From: Candidatus Indicimonas acetifermentans
Lineage (GTDB): Bacteria; Gemmatimonadota; Gemmatimonadetes; Palauibacterales; KS3-K002
Direction: 5' to 3'
Length of the DNA stretch: 64,000 nucleotides
Assembly: GCA_947581815.1 (NCBI GenBank)
Contig: CANPVX010000001.1
Coordinates: 31,644 to 95,643 of the forward strand
In this document: piece by piece, positions 57,825 to 64,000 of the stretch
Layout: the number at the start of each line of letters is the position of its first letter
How positions within the stretch are numbered: the stretch's first letter is position 1
Made by a program: the position numbers and the translations under genes
The notes under the pieces: generated by a model
Database searches by the model: none
Told to the model about the DNA's origin: nothing
The model's input: the letters and a program-made list of their open reading frames with translations, nothing else

Positions 57825-59147
57825 TCAGGGACCGGATAGTTTCTCCCGCACCAATCGTTTCGAAAGCTCGACGCCCGGCTGATCCAGGGGGTTGACTCCG
57901 TAGAGTGCGCCCGCGTAGACCGTTGCGATCTGGCAGAGCATGAAGAACTCTCCGAGCTCGTGGGCACCCATCTTGGGAAAATCGATGGCTAGGCTGGGTC
58001 GATGCCCATGCGCCAAGGCCTCCTGCGTCGCCTCCGCTTCGGTACGGAGCAGCTCCCCCAGAGTGTGACCGGGCAGGTAGGCTAAAGCGTCGTGGTCTCC
58101 CGGCGCCGCCGGGATCTCCAAGTCTTCCTCGCTCTGCTGGACCGTCAAAAAGACGATGAGTTTGTCGAATGGGCCCTGCGCGTACAGCTGAAGCTGCGAA
58201 TGCTGATCGGTTGCCCCCAGCGCAGCCACCGGCGTCGGCCCGACGGCGGGCTCGCCTTCCCCAGAGCCCTTACCGAGGCTCTCTGCCCATAGCTGACGAA
58301 ACCAGAAGGCTACATCACGCAGCCGATCCGAATAGGGCATCATGACGTGGATGCGGGCGCCCAGATTGGCGTCAGCCAGGTAGAGCGCGCTCGCGAGCAA
58401 GGCGGCAGGGTTCCCATCCAACATCTGGGCGTCGCAGCGCTCGCGCATGGAGCGTGCTCCGGCGAGAAGCTGAGCGATATCGATGCCGACCAGAGCGGCT
58501 GGCAGCAGTCCCACCGCGGAGAGCACGGAAAAACGTCCGCCGACGTTCTCGGGCACGGGCAGAGCGGCGATGCCCTCCTCGCGCGCGATCGAGCGCAAAA
58601 CGCCGTGCTCTGAATCGGTCGTGAAGACTAGGTGCCTGCGGTACCCGTCGCCCAGTTCGGCCTCCAACATCGAGCGCACGATCAAGAATTGCGCGGCGGT
58701 CTCGGCGGTTCCTCCAGACTTCGAGACGACGTTGAACAGAGTGCTGTTGAGGTCGAGACGCCGGAGGAATGGCCCGATCGTATCGGGATCGATGTTGTCG
58801 AGGATGTACAGTTTCGGGTAGAACTCTCGCTCCTCGGATGACATCTCGTTCCACCAGGGGCCAAGCAGAGCCGAACGCAGTGAGATCGCGCCCAGCGCCG
58901 ATCCACCGATTCCGAGCACGACGACGTTCTCGAAGGCCTGACCGGCTCCCTCGGCGAACTGGAGGATGCTATCAACGAGATCACCGCCATCCGGTAGCTC
59001 GTAGAACCCTAGCCGACCCTCGATGCGCTGCCGGCGGATTTCTTCGTGCACGCTCGGGAACCGATCTCTTGCCAACTCGTCGAAGTGAGCGCGGTCGATC
59101 CCGTGTTCGGGAAGGAAGAGGTTGTCGAGTCTCAGTTCAAGCGACAT
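57825..59147 (-). CDS. pgi: Glucose-6-phosphate isomerase (short bacterial/archaeal PGI family)
   Basis: VVVLGIGGSALGA... SIS-domain motifs; 440 aa. Confidence 0.75.
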   Translation of the reverse strand: MSLELRLDNLFLPEHGIDRAHFDELARDRFPSVHEEIRRQRIEGRLGFYELPDGGDLVDSILQFAEGAGQAFENVVVLGIGGSALGAISLRSALLGPWWNEMSSEEREFYPKLYILDNIDPDTIGPFLRRLDLNSTLFNVVSKSGGTAETAAQFLIVRSMLEAELGDGYRRHLVFTTDSEHGVLRSIAREEGIAALPVPENVGGRFSVLSAVGLLPAALVGIDIAQLLAGARSMRERCDAQMLDGNPAALLASALYLADANLGARIHVMMPYSDRLRDVAFWFRQLWAESLGKGSGEGEPAVGPTPVAALGATDQHSQLQLYAQGPFDKLIVFLTVQQSEEDLEIPAAPGDHDALAYLPGHTLGELLRTEAEATQEALAHGHRPSLAIDFPKMGAHELGEFFMLCQIATVYAGALYGVNPLDQPGVELSKRLVREKLSGP

Positions 59148-59165
59148 CCGTCTCGCCTTCGAGGA

Positions 59166-59942
59166 TTAATCGATATCGACGACGAGTCCATCGTAAGCGG
59201 GCTCAATGCCGTCGGGTAGGCCGCTCAGCAAGTCGTGGTACTCGACGCGATGGGTCAAGTGGGTCAGGTACGCCCTACGCACGCCCAAGCTCTGGATCGC
59301 TTCAACTGCACGTTCGACGTTGAAGTGTGTGGGGTGGCCCTTTCCCCGCCAGAGGGCGTTGATGACGAGTACTTCAACGCCGAGTAGGCGCTCATAGGCT
59401 TCAGCAGGAAGCGAGGCAGCATCGACGATCACCCCGAGCTTGCCCATCCGGAAGCCGTATGAGCGGACGTTCCCATGGGGGAAAGCGATCGGCTGCAGGG
59501 CGAACCCGGCGATCGAGACCTCGTCACCCGCCTTGAAGGACGAGAGATCGATGTCCGGCGCGCTGGTCCCAGGAGGTGGCTGCACGGATTCGTCGAATAT
59601 GTAACGAAAACGGGTAGTCAGTTCTTCGACGTGCTCCTCGGCGACGAAGAGGGGTAACGGTCCCCCTCGCACGCTGAAGATACGAAGGTCGTCCAGGCCG
59701 TGGAGATGGTCGGCGTGCAGGTGGCTGATGAACACCGCGTCGACGTGGCTGATCCCTTCCCTGAGCAGCTGCATGCGCAGCTCGGGAGGCGTGTCGACCA
59801 GGAGGACGTTACCGTCGCTCTCGAGGGCGAGGCCGTGCCTCTGCCGCTGGTTCTTTGGATCGTTCGAAGTGCAAACGGCGCAGTCGCAACCGATGACAGG
59901 TATGCCAAAGCTGGTCCCGGTGCCGAGAAAGCGAAGGCGCAC
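59166..59942 (-). CDS. MBL-fold metallo-hydrolase
   Basis: ISHLHADHLHGLDDL is the HxHxDH motif. Confidence 0.7.
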   Translation of the reverse strand: MRLRFLGTGTSFGIPVIGCDCAVCTSNDPKNQRQRHGLALESDGNVLLVDTPPELRMQLLREGISHVDAVFISHLHADHLHGLDDLRIFSVRGGPLPLFVAEEHVEELTTRFRYIFDESVQPPPGTSAPDIDLSSFKAGDEVSIAGFALQPIAFPHGNVRSYGFRMGKLGVIVDAASLPAEAYERLLGVEVLVINALWRGKGHPTHFNVERAVEAIQSLGVRRAYLTHLTHRVEYHDLLSGLPDGIEPAYDGLVVDID

Positions 59943-59944
59943 GG

Positions 59945-61381
59945 TCAGAGCGATTCTATCCGGACCATGTTGGTCGTGCGGGATACGTGGAAGGGCACGC
60001 CGGCTGTGACCACGATCCTGTCGCCCTCACGGGCGATGCCGCGGCGCAGCAGCTCGGTCCGAGCCGACGCCCACATGTTCTCGTAGGTCTGCTCCAGCTG
60101 ACAAAGCACTGGTAGGACCCCCCAGACCATCGAGAGCTGTCTGTAGACCCTATCGGTGTCAGTCACGGCGATGATCGGGACGGGCGGTCGGCGTGACGAG
60201 ACCACCCGAGCGGTGAATCCGCTCGTCGTGAAGGTGACGATGGCGGGAGAGTGGAGTACCCTCACCGCCTCGGCCGTAGCGCCAGCGATGGCCACTTCGG
60301 TCGGTTCGGGCTCTCCTTCGTCATTCACCCCGGCTGGGACATCGTACGTTGGTCCCTGGACCATGAGCGTGGTGGACTCGATCTCACCAATGACGCGAGT
60401 CAGGGCCTCCACCGATTCTACGGGGTACTGACCCGCCGCGGTCTCCGCAGCCAGCATGACGGCGTCGGTTCCGTCGAGGATCGCGTTGGCGACGTCCGAT
60501 ATCTCGGCGCGGGTCGGCCGCGGTCGCTCGATCATCGTCTCCAGCATCTGCGTCGCGATTATCACGGGCCGATAGTTGCTGTTTGCCAGGCGAACGATGC
60601 GCTTCTGGACGAGAGGGACCTGCTCGAAGGGTAGCTCCGTGCCCAAGTCGCCCCGCGCGACCATGGCCGCGTCGCTGGCATCGAGGATAGCGTCGAGGTC
60701 CTGGAGCGCCACGTCTTTCTCGATCTTTGCTATGATCAGTATATCGTCAGGGATGCGCTCTCGAAGCTGCTGGATGTCGCTGGCGCGGCGGACAAACGAC
60801 AGGCCCAAGTAGTCGACACCGATCTCGAGGGCGAGGTCGATGTCTGACAGATCCTTGTCCGTCAAAGGCGGCGCGCTGACATGCACGCCCGGCAAGTTGA
60901 TCCCCTTGCCCTTTGAGATCGGCCCACCGATCACGACCTCCGCTTCCACCCTCGGGGGATCGATCTTCCGTACCAGGAGCTCGACCTGGCCGTCATCGAT
61001 CAGGATTCGGTCTCCGGCGGAGAGATCCTCGGCGAAGTTTGCGTAGGTAACGGGTAAGGCGGCGCCATCCGGTTTCTCGCCCGAGATGAAGGCGACGTTC
61101 TGGCCCGGGCTGAGCTCGATCGTCTCCGGCACATCACCCAGGCGGATTTTCGGTCCCTGCAAGTCAGCGAGCAGAGCTACAGGGTGACCGAGGTTCGACG
61201 TGTTTTCGCGCAGCCGCTGCGCCAGCTGGCGAATCTGGTCGGGCGTGCCGTGAGCCATGTTGAGCCGAGCCATGTTCATGCCCGCCTCACACAAGCGCTT
61301 GATCACCCGCGGTTCAGAAGAGGCTGGCCCGATGGTGCAAACGATCTTTGTCTTGAGAAAGCGCGTCGAGTGATCGCTCAT
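59945..61381 (-). CDS. pyk: Pyruvate kinase
   Basis: KTKIVCTIGPASSEPRVIKRLCEAGMNMARLNMAHG...MVARGDLG. Confidence 0.95.
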   Translation of the reverse strand: MSDHSTRFLKTKIVCTIGPASSEPRVIKRLCEAGMNMARLNMAHGTPDQIRQLAQRLRENTSNLGHPVALLADLQGPKIRLGDVPETIELSPGQNVAFISGEKPDGAALPVTYANFAEDLSAGDRILIDDGQVELLVRKIDPPRVEAEVVIGGPISKGKGINLPGVHVSAPPLTDKDLSDIDLALEIGVDYLGLSFVRRASDIQQLRERIPDDILIIAKIEKDVALQDLDAILDASDAAMVARGDLGTELPFEQVPLVQKRIVRLANSNYRPVIIATQMLETMIERPRPTRAEISDVANAILDGTDAVMLAAETAAGQYPVESVEALTRVIGEIESTTLMVQGPTYDVPAGVNDEGEPEPTEVAIAGATAEAVRVLHSPAIVTFTTSGFTARVVSSRRPPVPIIAVTDTDRVYRQLSMVWGVLPVLCQLEQTYENMWASARTELLRRGIAREGDRIVVTAGVPFHVSRTTNMVRIESL

Positions 61382-61437
61382 AGTTGCAAGATCTCTCTCC
61401 TACAGCGTTGCGTCAAATCAGCGAACCGCGGTGGAGA

Positions 61438-62730
61438 TCAGGGACGGTAGCGGGCCCAAAGCGCTGGCGCGTCAGCCGCCAGACTCAGTAGGTCCGCCGC
61501 GATGGCCAGGATATTCCGACCGGAAGATGTAGGGTCGCCCGGAACGACCTGAGCGCCCGGAGAGAAAGTGCCCGGAACGGGGCGCGCGAAGATTAGCGCC
61601 ACCGTCAGCCCGGCGGATTCGCCCGGCGCCAGGGTCAGGGGGCCATGCGCCTCCGTGACTCGATAGTCGTTCGGTTCGTCCGAGAAGAACCCGTAGTCCG
61701 GATGGGGGTGGTCGCTGATTGCATCGCCTGCACCTAGCTGACCCGCCAAGATTCTCCAAGCCCGATCGTGACGGGTGCCGTCGTCCCAGTCGTCGACAGC
61801 GCGCCACAGCGTCCGCGTTCGTTCGGTCGCGCCGCTCGGAGGTTCCACTGTCAAGACTCCCACCAGCGCGGGTTGGTCTGCATCGCTCCCAAGCTCGGAG
61901 TCCCTGAAGTCAGCGTCGTAGATAAACCCAACGCCCAAGTCAGGATCGAAAGTCCCCAAATCATCGCTGGGTGTCCCGATATCCGCATCGAGACCGAAGC
62001 CGAGGAAGACTGCCTCGAGCGTGTATCCCGCCCCCGTGATCCCCGGATAAAGGGCCTGGTAACGGGGATCGCCGGTCACGTTCGTCACCTTATAGTGAAT
62101 GAAGAGTATGTCCTCAGCGCCCGCGCTGTCGACGGCGAAGATGGTCTGCTCGACCGACAATCCCAGCAGCGAGTTGCCGAGGAACAGGGCTGTTCCCCAG
62201 TAGTCAAGTTTCACGGTCTCGACCAGACCAGCCACGTCCGTCTCCACAGCCTGTCGGCCGATCCAAGCTTGACGAAAAGCTTGCGTGGCCGATGTGTCGC
62301 CGGCCTGATTTCCCGCGTCCGATCCGAGGATCGCGGCGATCAACAGCCGGCCGCCAGCCCCGTAATCGCCGCCCACCACGCCGGGCCACTGGAGCGCCGG
62401 GATCCCGCCGCCGAAGAAAGTGCTGGCGCAAGTATCACCGAAATTGTTGAATCGGCAAATGACGCGCCCGCGCTCGAGCACGAAAGGGCAGTCACGACCG
62501 CAGCCGCCCTGGAGCGCCGCATCCACCGTACCAAGTCCCTCATCGGGCACGACTACTTCCGCACTCCAGCGGAAGATCTGCGAGGACCCGGCATCGAGCT
62601 TGAGCTCTACCTCGCGTGTCCCCGTCGGAACCCCGACGAGGGTGTCGGGAGTCGTATTCGGAAACGACTCACCGTCGACGGTGATGCTGGCGCCGGTTGG
62701 GTCAGAGGTGATCGCCAAATCGCCCGTCAC
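61438..62730 (-). CDS. Hypothetical secreted protein / lipoprotein (430 aa from GTG 62730; the in-frame upstream extension encodes a lipoprotein-type signal but has no canonical start)
   Basis: Upstream in-frame sequence reads ..LSRINSAARIVAAAAIIPLFAAAC AETRDRPTVPV, and no ATG/GTG/TTG lies between the upstream stop (62875-62877) and 62730. Confidence 0.5.
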   Translation of the reverse strand: MTGDLAITSDPTGASITVDGESFPNTTPDTLVGVPTGTREVELKLDAGSSQIFRWSAEVVVPDEGLGTVDAALQGGCGRDCPFVLERGRVICRFNNFGDTCASTFFGGGIPALQWPGVVGGDYGAGGRLLIAAILGSDAGNQAGDTSATQAFRQAWIGRQAVETDVAGLVETVKLDYWGTALFLGNSLLGLSVEQTIFAVDSAGAEDILFIHYKVTNVTGDPRYQALYPGITGAGYTLEAVFLGFGLDADIGTPSDDLGTFDPDLGVGFIYDADFRDSELGSDADQPALVGVLTVEPPSGATERTRTLWRAVDDWDDGTRHDRAWRILAGQLGAGDAISDHPHPDYGFFSDEPNDYRVTEAHGPLTLAPGESAGLTVALIFARPVPGTFSPGAQVVPGDPTSSGRNILAIAADLLSLAADAPALWARYRP

Positions 62731-62833
62731 CGGGACGGTGGGCCGATCGCGCGTTTCGGCGCACGCGGCTGCGAAGAGAGGGATGATCGCAGCAGCGGCT
62801 ACGATCCGGGCTGCGCTGTTGATTCTGGACAGC

Positions 62834-63616
62834 TTAACGACTGGCCGCCTCCATCCTCTGTACCAATTCCGGGATTAGCTCCCCCGCTGGTCCCTCGAGA
62901 AAGATATCCACGCTTCCGCTGAAGGTCAGGTCCGAGGGAGCGGTGTTGACTTCGATCACCGAAGCACCCGTTGCCCGGGCCACTGCGGGAAGCCCTGCCG
63001 CGGGATAGACCAAGCCGGAGGTCCCGATTACGAGCATGACTTCGCAGGCGGCCGCGTGTCTCTCCGCTCGCTCGAAGACGCCGGGGGGCAGCATCTCGCC
63101 GAACCAGACGACATCGGGCCGCAGGGGCGAACCGCACTCGGGACAGGGCGGCGGTTCGAGCGGCCCATCTTCAGGCGCGACGGGGAGCTCCACTGTCGCA
63201 GGGTGGTCGAGATCGAAGCACTTGAAACGGTTGATGTTGCCGTGTAGCTCCAGCACGGTGCTCGACCCGGCCCGCAGGTGTAGACCATCGATATTCTGGG
63301 TCACGACGACCACGTCAGGTAAGATGGTCTCGAGGCGCGCCAACGCATGGTGTCCTGGGTGTGGCTCGGCACAGCTGATCAACCCCCGCCGATAGTTGTA
63401 CCAGCCCCATACGCGCGCCGGATTTGACTGGAAACCGCTACGGGTCGCAAGCTGCTCAGGATCGTAATGCGCCCACAGCCCTTCGAGCGCATCGCGGAAC
63501 GTGGGTATCCCGCTCTCGCTGGACATGCCCGCTCCCGTCGCGGCGACAACGCGCGACGACTTCAGCAGGATGGCGGCCGCCTGTTCGAGTCGTCTCCGCC
63601 CTTCAGCCCCACTCAC
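62834..63616 (-). CDS. cobB: NAD-dependent protein deacylase (Sir2/CobB family sirtuin)
   Basis: GAGMSSESGIPTFRD, QNIDGLH, LELHGN, and a CPECG zinc motif. Confidence 0.85.
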   Translation of the reverse strand: MSGAEGRRRLEQAAAILLKSSRVVAATGAGMSSESGIPTFRDALEGLWAHYDPEQLATRSGFQSNPARVWGWYNYRRGLISCAEPHPGHHALARLETILPDVVVVTQNIDGLHLRAGSSTVLELHGNINRFKCFDLDHPATVELPVAPEDGPLEPPPCPECGSPLRPDVVWFGEMLPPGVFERAERHAAACEVMLVIGTSGLVYPAAGLPAVARATGASVIEVNTAPSDLTFSGSVDIFLEGPAGELIPELVQRMEAASR

Positions 63617-63622
63617 CGCCCA

Positions 63623-64000
63623 TCACCTTTGATCATAGACAAGCTCGCCGCCTACAAAGGTCGCCACGACATCAGCTGAAAGGATCCGATCTGGCTCGGC
63701 GGTCGCCAGGTCGATATCCCAAGCAACGAAATCGGCATCGAATCCGGGGGCCAGTCGCCCCCTGCGCGAAGCATCACCTGCAGCGCGGGCCGGACCTACC
63801 GTGTACGCTTCCAACACCTCCTCACCCGTCAAGCGTTCCTCAGCCTGCCAGCCTTGGACCGGCTGGCCCTCCCGGTCCCGGCGTCCGATCGCCGCATAGA
63901 AGCCTTCTCGCGGGTCGGCCGCCTCGACCGGCGCGTCCGAGCCGAAGGCCAGGAGCGTTCCGGCATCCAGCAGGCTTCGTAACGCGAAGGTGCCGCGAGC
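63623..64000 (-). CDS. Amidohydrolase-family protein, C-terminal part (the gene continues beyond the window end)
   Basis: The C-terminal sequence ...GRLAPGFDADFVAWDIDLATAEP...TFVGGELVY is typical of the metal-dependent amidohydrolase C-terminus. The frame stays open to position 64000. Confidence 0.5.
   Translation of the reverse strand, partial: ARGTFALRSLLDAGTLLAFGSDAPVEAADPREGFYAAIGRRDREGQPVQGWQAEERLTGEEVLEAYTVGPARAAGDASRRGRLAPGFDADFVAWDIDLATAEPDRILSADVVATFVGGELVYDQR

Noticed and set aside
62834-63616. The SIR2-domain protein considered as a possible defence-system component (Thoeris/DSR-like)
   Set aside because: It has the full canonical sirtuin deacylase motif set and CobB-like size, and no partner genes (TIR, HerA, nuclease). 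It is best read as housekeeping cobB.

Overview
This 64-kb window is a high-GC (roughly 60-65%) bacterial chromosomal segment in which every confidently called gene but one lies on the minus strand. From about 13.4 to 48.8 kb it is one uninterrupted ribosomal-protein / transcription-translation supercluster. Read 5'->3' on the minus strand the order is: sigma70-like promoter, tRNA-Thr(UGU), tRNA-Tyr(GUA), tuf, rpmG, secE, nusG, rplK-rplA-rplJ-rplL, attenuator hairpin, rpoB, rpoC, terminator, rpsL-rpsG-fusA-tuf (a second tuf copy, nucleotide-identical to the first), the S10 operon (rpsJ to rpsQ), the spc operon (rplN to secY, then adk, map, infA, rpmJ), the alpha operon (rpsM, rpsK, rpsD, rpoA, rplQ), an unknown membrane protein, and rpmB. 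The left flank holds secA (partial, runs off the window), nadD, bamD, two TPR proteins, a nucleotide-sugar cluster (GT2, UDP-glucuronate decarboxylase, ugd, GDP-mannose dehydratase plus reductase, UDP-HexNAc dehydrogenase), hemB and hemD. It also holds the only plus-strand gene, a compositionally atypical 128-aa orphan. The right flank holds cysS, pyrF, pyrD/pyrK, a TPR lipoprotein, an AmiC-type amidase, smpB, a yihY/brkB-family gene, a ytxH-like gene, an orphan degenerate receiver, pgi, an MBL hydrolase, pyk, an unknown lipoprotein, a cobB sirtuin and a partial amidohydrolase. I saw no CRISPR array, transposase, integrase or rRNA. The organism is a diderm, on the evidence of BamD and lipobox lipoproteins; its taxon cannot be determined from this window. 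Long antisense ORFs in the track are GC-driven artefacts. Several ORF-track starts are N-terminally over-extended, and the track also treats GTG as a start codon.
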